Origin: a virus
Lineage: Duplodnaviria; Caudoviricetes
IMG/VR virus record: IMGVR_UViG_3300042535_000001
Coordinates: 1-43,674 of that record
DNA: 43,674 nt
Strand: one strand, 5' to 3'
In this document: piece by piece, positions 33,866 to 42,969 of the stretch
Layout of the letters: each line of letters opens with the position of its first letter
How positions within the stretch are numbered: the stretch's first letter is position 1
Notes under the pieces: generated by a model
Told to the model about the DNA's origin: nothing
Seen by the model: only the letters and a program-made list of their open reading frames with translations
Database searches by the model: none
Made by a program: the position numbers and the translations under genes

Positions 33866-34254
33866 TCCGTTTCACTCTCCTTGTAAAATTTCTGGGTTCT
33901 AATATCTCCATGTTTCTTTTCAGTAGCTTGATTGGTATTATAATCATTGTGATGTGCATCATAGTATTCAGCTTTTTTAAGAAGTTCCAACACATATTTT
34001 TCATCAATCAAACAACAAGACATTGTAAATTCTTCATTTCCTGTTGTTGTTTCAGTGCCGTTACATCTAAAATAAATTGGTATTTGTTTTATTAATTTTT
34101 CTAAATCTAAATCGTCTAATATTAACTTTGCAATTTTATATATAAGTCTTTCTTGAGCTATTTCATATCTTTTAACTTTATTAATTCTTAATTGTTCATA
34201 TTTATCAAAATACATTCTTGCATTTAACACTTGAATACGTTTTTCATTAATCAA
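33862..34254 (-). CDS. Hypothetical protein
   Basis: TTG start after AGGGGAG; AT-rich. Confidence 0.65.
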   Translation of the reverse strand: MINEKRIQVLNARMYFDKYEQLRINKVKRYEIAQERLIYKIAKLILDDLDLEKLIKQIPIYFRCNGTETTTGNEEFTMSCCLIDEKYVLELLKKAEYYDAHHNDYNTNQATEKKHGDIRTQKFYKESETE

Positions 34255-34266
34255 TGTATCACTCCC

Positions 34267-36249
34267 CTAAATTAATGACATCTGCTCGCCAACTTCATAT
34301 TCAATTTCTTCCGTGCTGAATAACGATCTAAAGATTAACCGTGGACACATGACCACAATCGAGTTGCCAAACATCTTATACATTGCTGATTCACTTGCTC
34401 CAGACTCGATGATTCTGTCAATTGCTTCATCACTGAAATTCATGAGTCTGCCACATTCTCTTGGAGTCAGCTTGCGTATTCTATACCTAGTGTAGACTTT
34501 TGGTTCTTGGTTTCCCCCTTGACAAGTTGGTATAGTTGGCGAGATTCCTTTTTCATCATATACACGTTTAAGAATGTCGTGACCTTCTACATCAATATGA
34601 CCAAGCATCATGCACTCGTTAGGCTCAACCACCGCTTGATGATTCCCACAATTCAAAGTCTGAGCAACACCTCTGCCAACTCTACCTCTGCGAGTGGTAC
34701 TGCTTATCTGTTCCAAATTTATAGAGTCGCCTGGGTAAGCCACTGTGTAACCCTTCTTGTTGTTCTCTTTTACCACTACCCCCCCATTTTCAACGCTTTC
34801 AATTAAGGGTTCTAAAAGCATATTATCCTTTTGAACTGTTGTTAATGTGTTTGATACACCATCAAATCTAGGTTGCAGAGTTCTGATATTTCCTATTTTT
34901 TCATCAATTTCACCGGATTCATATTGCTTTCGAATTTCTTTGCCATACTCCGTTCTTTCCGCTCTAAGAACGCAAGGTTCACTCACTAACACACCATGCC
35001 TGTCTTGTGTAGTTAATGAAAAACTCGGTTCACCGTCTTCTTTGAATCGTCTGCCATTTTGTCGTTTTTCTATTCTGTCGGGTGTAAGGCATGGGACACA
35101 TTCAAGAACGCCTGTGCCTTCTTGTTTTCTGTTTAAAATGCCCCTGTCTGTTCTTGCGCTGATGCAGTTTGCTATTTCTATTGGTTGTGGATCGTTGTAA
35201 GTGTAATCAATAGGTACAACTATTTTGTGTCCTTCACCTTTATTTGTCGTTACTGTCGGACTTATGCCTCCTGCATATACATTTCCATTCATTCCATTTC
35301 CGCTTGGATTTGTATTGCATATGACTTTAACAAGTCTTGGTTCTTTGTAGTCCCTAGCTTGTAAGGAAGGACTGTTTTCAACATACTCTCTTGGAAAACC
35401 TTCTCGTTTAGCTTGGCACATATCAATTAAAACTGTATCGTCTTTTAATTGTTGCAGTAACTTGTCACATTTTTCGTCACTGATGTAATATTTTTCGGCA
35501 ACATTGGTTTCTAATAAGTGTTTTAATCTAATGCCATTATCAAAAGGCACAGGCCAACGCATTTTCTTGTGATGCTCTTTCAAAGTTGAAGCCACAAATA
35601 TTCGTTCTCTGTTTTGAGGAACGCCATAATCTTTTGCATTTAGAACTTTACCGTCACTTATATGGCCCAAATTTTCAAGGCTCTGTATGTACTTGTCGTA
35701 ATTATGACGATGTTTTTTAGACAATACATTTTTAACATTCTCCCAAAGAATATAAATTGGCTTTTTGATAGATACCACTTCAACTGTGTTCCACATGAGC
35801 GATGATCTAGTTTCGCTACCTTCATCACCGCCCTCACCTTTGCCCGCCACGCTGAAACTTTGGCATGGTGAACCATGTGTCAATAAATCAAAGTCGGGCA
35901 AATAATTTGGGTCATGCTGCAGTTTATACGTTAGATCAATAATACTGCCAAGATTGTTTGTTCTAATCTGAGCGACATACAATTTTTCTAGCTTCTTGAG
36001 AGGGATTCTTTTTAAGTTTTCAAGTGGTTCTTTCCCATCACTGGACCAAGTAAATTGCTCAAGGTGTTCTCTCATTTCTTCTTTGCTTGGCAATGCTATC
36101 AGTCTTCTGTCGGAATGAATATAGTCATAAGCAATTGCAGAGTCAATATTCCATTCGCTGACAGCCACAACCTTATGTTCAATACCTTCGTCTTTTAATG
36201 CTTGTGTGCAAGCTCCGATGCCTGCAAATAACTCAACTACTCTTATCAC
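34267..36249 (-). CDS. DNA cytosine-C5 methyltransferase with an expanded multi-TRD variable region
   Basis: Motif I ELFAGIG, IV GSPCQSFS, VI WENV, VIII PQNRERIF, IX RKLTPRECGRLM, X FGNSIVV; about 7 TRD-like units; probable GTG start near 36249. Confidence 0.92.
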   Translation of the reverse strand: MIRVVELFAGIGACTQALKDEGIEHKVVAVSEWNIDSAIAYDYIHSDRRLIALPSKEEMREHLEQFTWSSDGKEPLENLKRIPLKKLEKLYVAQIRTNNLGSIIDLTYKLQHDPNYLPDFDLLTHGSPCQSFSVAGKGEGGDEGSETRSSLMWNTVEVVSIKKPIYILWENVKNVLSKKHRHNYDKYIQSLENLGHISDGKVLNAKDYGVPQNRERIFVASTLKEHHKKMRWPVPFDNGIRLKHLLETNVAEKYYISDEKCDKLLQQLKDDTVLIDMCQAKREGFPREYVENSPSLQARDYKEPRLVKVICNTNPSGNGMNGNVYAGGISPTVTTNKGEGHKIVVPIDYTYNDPQPIEIANCISARTDRGILNRKQEGTGVLECVPCLTPDRIEKRQNGRRFKEDGEPSFSLTTQDRHGVLVSEPCVLRAERTEYGKEIRKQYESGEIDEKIGNIRTLQPRFDGVSNTLTTVQKDNMLLEPLIESVENGGVVVKENNKKGYTVAYPGDSINLEQISSTTRRGRVGRGVAQTLNCGNHQAVVEPNECMMLGHIDVEGHDILKRVYDEKGISPTIPTCQGGNQEPKVYTRYRIRKLTPRECGRLMNFSDEAIDRIIESGASESAMYKMFGNSIVVMCPRLIFRSLFSTEEIEYEVGEQMSLI

Positions 36250-36265
36250 TTGCGTTCTCACTCTC

Positions 36266-36613
36266 CTAAAAATTAAAATCAATACAATCACTTTCAAACT
36301 GTTCTTCTCTTGCTTTGTGATGTTCGTTTTTATGAAACACGCCACCAAACTCATATTCTTGGCAATCCAATTTGTATTTGCATTTAATCATTTGTGGCAT
36401 ATCCGCGTCATATTCCTTTTCACAAACAACATAAACTAATTGACCATATCCGCAATCGTTATGATCGACATCAAATTTAATGTTATGTTTGCAAGTAAAG
36501 CAATTCTTATTATCGGGATCATATTTACAAGAGTGACGAGTTTTTGTTCTGAATAACTTTTTGCAATGTGGACATTCATATACAATGAGTTCTTTCACTT
36601 GCTCACTCTCCAA
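36266..36613 (-). CDS. Cys/His-rich zinc-binding protein
   Basis: CPHC..H.C...CFTC...C...C motifs. Confidence 0.7.
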   Translation of the reverse strand: MESEQVKELIVYECPHCKKLFRTKTRHSCKYDPDNKNCFTCKHNIKFDVDHNDCGYGQLVYVVCEKEYDADMPQMIKCKYKLDCQEYEFGGVFHKNEHHKAREEQFESDCIDFNF

Positions 36614-37124
36614 TCAACTTAACGCCATTCGTACTGATAAGCTGCTTAACATCATTTGGTAATGCCTTAAACTGTTTATCTCTTGTATGAACATCTCTGA
36701 ACGACCTCATGAAGTTTGATCCAGTCACTTTGTCGGTGTTGTCCGATTCTTCCATAGCCCACGACCTAAGGACATCTGCTGAACCAATAGTCTTTTGGAT
36801 AATGTCGGGTAGCTTTTCAAACTCTGACTTGCTGTTGTAGGTAGCATTTCTGATTGCTTTTTTAACGATCCCCCAGGCTTCGACCTCTGACATTTGCGGT
36901 TCTGTTTCAGTCAATTCGTTGTAGTGAGTGATAAGCTCATTTGCTGTCGGTTGGAATTTAGATTGAGAAACGTGCTTTTTAATAACAGATTCCATAGCAC
37001 TCATGCTTATGTGTCCAAGAATCCCATACCATATTTCAACAGTAAAATCGTTTTGACTGACTTTCATGTTTGGGTACATACTTTCAAGTGCGATAATCAT
37101 TTGAATAAATTCTTCTCTTTTCAT
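36603..37124 (-). CDS. Replicative helicase loader/inhibitor (SPP1 G39P-like)
   Basis: MKREE..........YP...W...L.............H....KF.PT..E...EAW..V; follows the initiator. Confidence 0.8.
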   Translation of the reverse strand: MKREEFIQMIIALESMYPNMKVSQNDFTVEIWYGILGHISMSAMESVIKKHVSQSKFQPTANELITHYNELTETEPQMSEVEAWGIVKKAIRNATYNSKSEFEKLPDIIQKTIGSADVLRSWAMEESDNTDKVTGSNFMRSFRDVHTRDKQFKALPNDVKQLISTNGVKLIGE

Positions 37125-37891
37125 TATTTTTCACCTCTTTCAAGAAAACGTTGAACGACATCTGAGTTCATTTTGGATGTTATTTGTTCGGGTATGCTCT
37201 TGTTAGTGTTAAAATCATTTTTAAGTGCAAATACACCTTGCCATCCATTAACGATTGATTGGTTTAAAATTTCAATTTGTTCATTTAGATCAGCAGATAA
37301 TTTATTAAGATTTCCAAGAAGCAATAATACTGCTTTGTCAGTCATAGGTTTTTTAATTGATTTTCTGAACTCAACAAAATCAATAATTGCTTGATTTAGA
37401 AAAACATCTGGAACGTAGTTCTTAATGTTTTTCTTATCATTATTTTCATTGTTATCATTATTACCTTCTTCTATAGGTGTTAGAGCTTTGTTAGTGCTTT
37501 GTGACCCCTTTGTTAAGCGTTTGTTAGATGGTATGTTAGATGGTTTGTTATCACCTTGATAGAACGCCCAATTTTCAATGGTTATAAGCCTTCCTTCGCT
37601 TGTTGGTTTGTTTGTTAGAAATTCTAGTTTTTCGAATCTAGTCAAAGCAGTTCTAACATTTTGTATTGAGATTCCTTTTCCACACTCCTTTACAATAGAA
37701 TCTAAACTGGTAATAAATTGACCTGGTTTAACTTCAAATTTTTCTCCTTTCCACTCCCATTGATTGTTGTTGAAATTAGCCATCATTAGCAAAGTTAAAA
37801 GTATTACTTTTTGTTCTGCTGTAGATTTTAACCATATCGGCTTAGAAGCTAGTTCTCTATGAAGTTTTATAAATCCGATTGGTTGGATCAT
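37124..37891 (-). CDS. Phage replication initiator (wHTH N-terminus, DnaD-like C-terminus)
   Basis: GFIKLHREL...W....LL.LLMMAN...PGQFITS...ITIENWAFYQ; low-complexity linker carrying iterons; SIVNGWQGVF. Confidence 0.85.
   Translation of the reverse strand: MIQPIGFIKLHRELASKPIWLKSTAEQKVILLTLLMMANFNNNQWEWKGEKFEVKPGQFITSLDSIVKECGKGISIQNVRTALTRFEKLEFLTNKPTSEGRLITIENWAFYQGDNKPSNIPSNKRLTKGSQSTNKALTPIEEGNNDNNENNDKKNIKNYVPDVFLNQAIIDFVEFRKSIKKPMTDKAVLLLLGNLNKLSADLNEQIEILNQSIVNGWQGVFALKNDFNTNKSIPEQITSKMNSDVVQRFLERGEK
37476..37552. repeat. Iteron array, putative replication origin inside the initiator gene
   Basis: TGTTA(G)-type units at 37478, 37489, 37500 (TGTGA), 37511, 37522, 37534 and 37546 (spacing 11,11,11,11,12,12), next to an AT-rich tract. 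Confidence 0.75.
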
Positions 37892-37892
37892 A

Positions 37893-38033
37893 CTATTTTT
37901 TCACCTTCTTTAAATCAGCTTCAATCAAATCTTCAATGTATGCTTTCATACTTTTGTTTTTCATTGCCGCAGCAATTTTAATTTCATTGAGCTTTTCGCT
38001 AGTAAATTTTAGCGGAAACGTTTTAATAGTCAT
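37893..38033 (-). CDS. Ribbon-helix-helix DNA-binding protein (46 aa, not in the ORF track)
   Basis: MTIKTFPLKFTSEKLNEIKIAAAMKNKSMKAYIEDLIEADLKKVKK; AGGGGG RBS. Confidence 0.75.
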   Translation of the reverse strand: MTIKTFPLKFTSEKLNEIKIAAAMKNKSMKAYIEDLIEADLKKVKK

Positions 38034-38056
38034 GTATTCACCCCCTAACAGTTATT

Positions 38057-38085
38057 ATTGTAACTTACCAAGATAACTAAGTCAA
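38057..38085 (-). promoter_or_regulatory. Sigma-A promoter for the replication operon
   Basis: TTGACT-N17-TACAAT, with AGTTA/TAACT motifs overlapping it. Confidence 0.75.
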
Positions 38086-38100
38086 CCCTATTTAAACAAA

Positions 38101-38124
38101 TAAAAAAGGAGCTTTCGCCCCTTT
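38101..38124 (-). terminator. Intrinsic terminator
   Basis: AAAGGGGC-GAAA-GCTCCTTTTTT. Confidence 0.8.
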
Positions 38125-38129
38125 AATAA

Positions 38130-38852
38130 TTACGCTAGGATAACAACATCGCCACATAAAATATGTGATTCAAGTTCTCTTTCAAACCAAACTTTAATTG
38201 ATTCAATACACTGTGACTTCCAAGCCCCACCATCCGCTTCATAGATAGCACATTGCATGCCTGTATGAAGTCTAAATACAAAAATTGAGTCGGGTTGCTC
38301 CACTTCTGGGAACGTTCTAAACGGTCTTAATTCAAGTGGATTAGGAATGGTCACATTTTCAAGAGTAGCAATTCCTGTTTTGGCAATGATAGATTGAGAA
38401 ACGCCATCGTCTTTTGTTGTATAACCTTCTTCCTCTTGCATGGTGCCGATGTACTGCAGCAATGCCGAACAATTCTGATCCCTAACAAATTGAGACTGCA
38501 AAGCAATGTTGAAAATTTCTCTGTCCATTTGCTGACCAAAACTGAATTGTTCAGTTTTGTTTGTAGCCGTCATGTGAATTGCTCTTTCTTTAGTTCTTTC
38601 GCTGAGTGGCAAGAGCAAAGAAACTTGATTATAATTTTCAACGTGAATGATGTATGGTTGGTTTCTAACATCGTCTGGGTTCTCTTTGATGTATGAAACG
38701 ATTGCGCCAAGAGTTGAAACACTTAATCTGGTTGGATAGTGTTCAGCCGCATGAATTTCATGCAACGGCTTGTCAGAATAAGTAACGCCACCTAGTTCTT
38801 TAATATCTGGTGCTTTTAAACCGACAACGTACTGAAACATTTCTTTTAACAT
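38130..38852 (-). CDS. Conserved phage protein
   Basis: DDGVSQ...K.G.......IPNP..LRPFRTFPEVEQP.S.FVFR...ADGGAWK motif; paired with the upstream 125-aa gene. Confidence 0.75.
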   Translation of the reverse strand: MLKEMFQYVVGLKAPDIKELGGVTYSDKPLHEIHAAEHYPTRLSVSTLGAIVSYIKENPDDVRNQPYIIHVENYNQVSLLLPLSERTKERAIHMTATNKTEQFSFGQQMDREIFNIALQSQFVRDQNCSALLQYIGTMQEEEGYTTKDDGVSQSIIAKTGIATLENVTIPNPLELRPFRTFPEVEQPDSIFVFRLHTGMQCAIYEADGGAWKSQCIESIKVWFERELESHILCGDVVILA

Positions 38853-38867
38853 AATTATTTCCCCCTA

Positions 38868-39245
38868 TTATTTAGCGACTGATGGTTTGAACTGCGCGAC
38901 TGGTGTAATTGCTGTTGGTGTTTCTGTTCCTTCAAATGCTTGTTGACCTGGAATCTGCTTTAAAAATTCTGATGATACAATTTGACCTGTTCCATCTGAA
39001 TCAATAATAAATGCAGACGAGACGTTTTTAACTGGAGCAAGTTTTGACTTCACTGAAAATTCAACACCATTCATGGTTCTACCTTCTGTAGGTGTGATTG
39101 TAAGAGTAAGAGTTAAATTTCTTTTACCCTTCCATTCTGTGTTTGGATCCAAGATGTTTTCAAAAACCTTTTGGAGTTCCTGTTGAAATCTTTCTTCGAC
39201 TGCTCCATTCGCCAATGTGGAAAATGTGATTTTTTGTTGTGCCAT
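38868..39245 (-). CDS. Conserved phage protein
   Basis: LANGAVEERFQQELQKVFENILDPNT....KR..TLT.......V.SKLAP motif. Confidence 0.75.
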   Translation of the reverse strand: MAQQKITFSTLANGAVEERFQQELQKVFENILDPNTEWKGKRNLTLTLTITPTEGRTMNGVEFSVKSKLAPVKNVSSAFIIDSDGTGQIVSSEFLKQIPGQQAFEGTETPTAITPVAQFKPSVAK

Positions 39246-39257
39246 TTTAACTCTCCT

Positions 39258-39983
39258 TTACATTCCTATGGTAACCCCTGCATCCGCTATGAAGGGGATT
39301 ATCCCAAACTCTTTTGCGATTGTCTCAACAATAATTTTCTCATTGCAGTTTGAATCTGACAAGTGCATGAGAGTTATTGTTTTTGGTGTTGACTTGTGGC
39401 TTTTTAATGCTTCTGTAAGCGTTTTTAAACTCATGTGAGACTCTACTATTCGTTTATATAAAAACTCGTCAAGGTGACCTTCTGACAATCTGTGAATGAT
39501 AGTGTCATCATCATAATTACATTCTATCAAATAATGGTCAATATTTTTGAATCTGTACCGCAGCATGTGAGTGTCTGTAGCAAACAATATTCTTTCGCCT
39601 GTGATTTCATCAATAATGACATAACCATAAGGGTTTGGAGCGTCATGCTCAATTTCAAACGGCATGACTTGGAACGAACCTACCTTAATCGGGTTTAATG
39701 GCAGTAGAGCGAAAGCAAATGGGCTAGTAGATACAAAACATTCGACCAATGTTTCATGTGATGAATAAAGATTGATTCCTGCTTTGACTAAATCTTTGGC
39801 ACATAAGGAATGGTCTTTGTGTGAATGTGAACAGATACAACCAACCAGTGTGTCAATTTCAAAAGCAATAGCTTTCTTGATCTCCATGAAACTGACTCCA
39901 CATTCAATCAATAGCTTGTGCTTTCCATTGTCGAGGACAAAGGCATTACCCTTTGACCCCGATGCAACAACTGTTAGTATCAT
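39258..39983 (-). CDS. Metallo-beta-lactamase-fold nuclease (YycJ/WalJ-like; likely RecT partner)
   Basis: ASGSKGN, SHSHKDH, HDA, ATDT, IECNY, HMS, HLS motifs. Confidence 0.9.
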   Translation of the reverse strand: MILTVVASGSKGNAFVLDNGKHKLLIECGVSFMEIKKAIAFEIDTLVGCICSHSHKDHSLCAKDLVKAGINLYSSHETLVECFVSTSPFAFALLPLNPIKVGSFQVMPFEIEHDAPNPYGYVIIDEITGERILFATDTHMLRYRFKNIDHYLIECNYDDDTIIHRLSEGHLDEFLYKRIVESHMSLKTLTEALKSHKSTPKTITLMHLSDSNCNEKIIVETIAKEFGIIPFIADAGVTIGM

Positions 39984-40852
39984 TCTAAATCACCAATCTC
40001 AATTTGGTCATTGTTTGCTTCTTCGATTGGCTGCGGTTCTTCTGAAAACGGAATTTCTTCAATGACTGCATAGTCATCGGTATCGAGTACGATTGAATTA
40101 GGGTCTGGAAGTGTTTCATTGACAATCTCAGCTTCGTTGTCGTACTCTCTGTTGATTGCTTCTGAAAGTAGATCACTGTCATCAGAGGTATTCAGATATA
40201 GTTTTGCGCCCCTGTTAAGGACCGTTCTCTTGCACATTTCCTCTTCAAATTCTTTGTGGGTAGAGTTGTTGAAACCAACCGTCTTTGACTTTGACCATGA
40301 CTTTTTAATTTGAGCAATTGTCATTATTTCAGATTCTTTTGAGTTGTCCTCTCTGATAAAAGTTGCATAGGCACCAATAATAGGACTGTCTAAAGACTCA
40401 AGCGTCTGAACGTGTTTTACAACATATTTAACACCATGTATTGTGCTAAATTCAAAAATGTCTTTCTCTCTAATAACTTGAGCGTAAACATCTTTAATGC
40501 CAGTGGTTCTTTTGAGGATTGCAATTGTACCAAAGTAAGATCGGAACATTTGTATTTTGTTGCCGTAAACAATGAAGTAGCATTGCTTTTTGTTTGGACT
40601 TAACCCCTGGATAACCATATCCATCAACGCAAGTCGGACTGAGTTTTGAGTACACACGGTAAGTGCTGGCTTTTTGTCTTTATCAACGATTTCTTGTAGC
40701 ATAAGCCATGCTGATTTTAAAGCGTTTACCTCCGAATAATTCTGAGGCAATACAAGTTGACCTTGTGACAACATTTCTGTGACTTCTGATGATACGGCTT
40801 CAACAGTGAGTTTTTTAATATCTGCTATTGTTAATGCTTTTTCGTTTGACAT
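39980..40852 (-). CDS. recT: RecT-family single-strand annealing recombinase
   Basis: MVIQGLSPNKKQCYFIVYG...RSYFG...W..S......H..FEEEM.KRTV.NR. Confidence 0.9.
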   Translation of the reverse strand: MSNEKALTIADIKKLTVEAVSSEVTEMLSQGQLVLPQNYSEVNALKSAWLMLQEIVDKDKKPALTVCTQNSVRLALMDMVIQGLSPNKKQCYFIVYGNKIQMFRSYFGTIAILKRTTGIKDVYAQVIREKDIFEFSTIHGVKYVVKHVQTLESLDSPIIGAYATFIREDNSKESEIMTIAQIKKSWSKSKTVGFNNSTHKEFEEEMCKRTVLNRGAKLYLNTSDDSDLLSEAINREYDNEAEIVNETLPDPNSIVLDTDDYAVIEEIPFSEEPQPIEEANNDQIEIGDLE

Positions 40853-40853
40853 A

Positions 40854-41075
40854 CTAAATTTCCTCCATTTCTAATTTAAATTTTAAAATTGCTTCACCAA
40901 TTGTGTAAACTTCATCGTTGCTATTATCTAAAATTGCAAAACAGTCTGGAGCTTGAAACGGTAAATCCATAAGCATTTTTTCTCTTGAAGCATATGTTTT
41001 CATTTTTTCAAATAAAGGTCTGTTTTCTTCATCATGCCCCTCACAACATAACAGCGTAAATCTTTTTTCATCCAT
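40854..41075 (-). CDS. Hypothetical protein
   Basis: ATG 41075 after GAGGGGGTG. Confidence 0.7.
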   Translation of the reverse strand: MDEKRFTLLCCEGHDEENRPLFEKMKTYASREKMLMDLPFQAPDCFAILDNSNDEVYTIGEAILKFKLEMEEI

Positions 41076-41076
41076 A

Positions 41077-42966
41077 CTACACCCCCTCAACTCTCAATGG
41101 GTTAACTCCTTGAACAACGTACAATCTAATCAACTGGCTATTTGTATCAATGTACTTTGTAACCGACTCAGCGTTGTCTATCCAAATCGGAGCAGACACG
41201 CCATAGTGAGCAGTCAAACGGTTAATAATGTCGAGCCCTGCGTTAATCTTAGCCTCTGAGTTAATGTCTGAGTACACAACACCGTTCACCATAGCTTCGC
41301 AACATTCAGCGATACCGCCGTTAATTTGTTGATTGAATAATTTGAACTGAACCATTGTAAATAAGCTGTTGATTTTTCCTTCAAGCATACCCACTTTGAT
41401 TTTGATAAATTCTTCTGTCAAGAACTCAGCATTTTCATACTTGGCATAGTCGCTTGAGAGCTTCTTGAGTTCTGTTGAGAGTTCTTCAATCCTTGCATCA
41501 GTTTTGTTGATTGAAGCCCACTTCTGAATGTCTTGATTGACTTCCTCAAGCTGTGAAGAAATTCCATCGACAATTGAAGTATCTTCTTTTTCTCTTTCGC
41601 CAGATGCAAAGGCTTCTTGATCTGCTTTTAAACTAGCAAGCTTTGTTCTGAGTTCAACAACCTTTTCAGTCTCAGTATTAAGAGTAACGGCCGCAATCGC
41701 AATTGGTTTGAAGTTGTCAACGTTATTTTGAGCTTCTATAATTTCAGCTTCTATAAAGTTAATTTTTGCAGTTAATCCTTCGAGCTCCAATTTAACTGCA
41801 GCAAACTTTTCTCTGAGTTCTTTGTCTCTTTGCATTAAATTGTTCTTAAAGTTCTCTTTTAGCTCATTGACTTGTTCAGCTTCAAAGTCACGCTTGCAAG
41901 TTGGACATACTGTTGATTCAGTGTCAAACTGTTCTTCTTTAAGATGTTTATGAGAAGCCAAAATGTCAGCTTTTCTTTTTTCTTTAAGAGCGATTGATTG
42001 CTTGAGTTCGTCAATGTTTTGTTTTTTGAGTCTGACGATGCTTTCAAGTTTCGAAAAATCTTCTTTGTTTTTAGATTCAAGATTCATTTTATCAAGATTA
42101 AACTTGCGAGTAATAGAATCAACTTCTTTTTGAAGTGCTGTATCGACTTCCATTACCAGGCGCGTTGTTTCTTTGAATTTTTCAAGAGTGAGATCAACTT
42201 TACCAACTTCTGATGTCGCTTGAGTGATTTGACCCTTTAAAGTTTCTGACAATGCAATAAGTTCTCCAACTGGTAATTCGGGAGCCGTTGGCTTTGATTT
42301 ATCCGCTTCATCAATTCGAGTTGGTATTTTTTGAATCTCGTCATTAATCTGTTTCTTTTTCTCTTTTACGATTTTCATGTACTGGTCAATGCTATGACCT
42401 TTTTCAAGAGCAGCTTTAAGTCCTTTGAGTTTTTCATTAGAGTCAATGATTTCTTCATCGCTAATATCACCAACAATATCAAGAAGCATCTTGCGTTGGT
42501 CTTGCCATTTAAGGCCAGTGAAGTACATAACATCAGTAATTGCTTTAAAAAGTGATTCATCCATGAGTGATTTGACTTTTGCGTCATACTCAGTTTTGTT
42601 TGATGGCACTTCATCAATCCAGTAATCAGTTGTGTGTCCTGTGAGTTCTGCTTCTTCTGAACCTCTTTTGCGAGTCCACTTTTCAGAGTAAACTTTCTTG
42701 AGTTTTAACTCAGAACCGTCAACATCAAGAAGCACTTCAACCATATGGTCTACACCTTGATTCACTTTGCTTGCAGTTTTGATTCCAAACGATTTGTCGC
42801 CTTGAGAGTTCTTGTCAAACAGTGACCAAATGAAAGCGTCAAACAAAGTTGTTTTACCGGTTCGATTGTCGCCGTACACATTTGAGTTTTTACCGTTAAA
42901 TGTAACGACTACATTTTCAATGCCTTTAAAGTTTTGTAGCTCCATGCCAAGTAGTTTAATTTGCAT
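41077..42966 (-). CDS. SbcC/Rad50-like coiled-coil ATPase
   Basis: NFKGI, Walker A GDNRTGKTT, long coiled coils with a CPTC zinc hook, Walker B WIDNAES. Confidence 0.9.
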   Translation of the reverse strand: MQIKLLGMELQNFKGIENVVVTFNGKNSNVYGDNRTGKTTLFDAFIWSLFDKNSQGDKSFGIKTASKVNQGVDHMVEVLLDVDGSELKLKKVYSEKWTRKRGSEEAELTGHTTDYWIDEVPSNKTEYDAKVKSLMDESLFKAITDVMYFTGLKWQDQRKMLLDIVGDISDEEIIDSNEKLKGLKAALEKGHSIDQYMKIVKEKKKQINDEIQKIPTRIDEADKSKPTAPELPVGELIALSETLKGQITQATSEVGKVDLTLEKFKETTRLVMEVDTALQKEVDSITRKFNLDKMNLESKNKEDFSKLESIVRLKKQNIDELKQSIALKEKRKADILASHKHLKEEQFDTESTVCPTCKRDFEAEQVNELKENFKNNLMQRDKELREKFAAVKLELEGLTAKINFIEAEIIEAQNNVDNFKPIAIAAVTLNTETEKVVELRTKLASLKADQEAFASGEREKEDTSIVDGISSQLEEVNQDIQKWASINKTDARIEELSTELKKLSSDYAKYENAEFLTEEFIKIKVGMLEGKINSLFTMVQFKLFNQQINGGIAECCEAMVNGVVYSDINSEAKINAGLDIINRLTAHYGVSAPIWIDNAESVTKYIDTNSQLIRLYVVQGVNPLRVEGV

Positions 42967-42969
42967 CGG

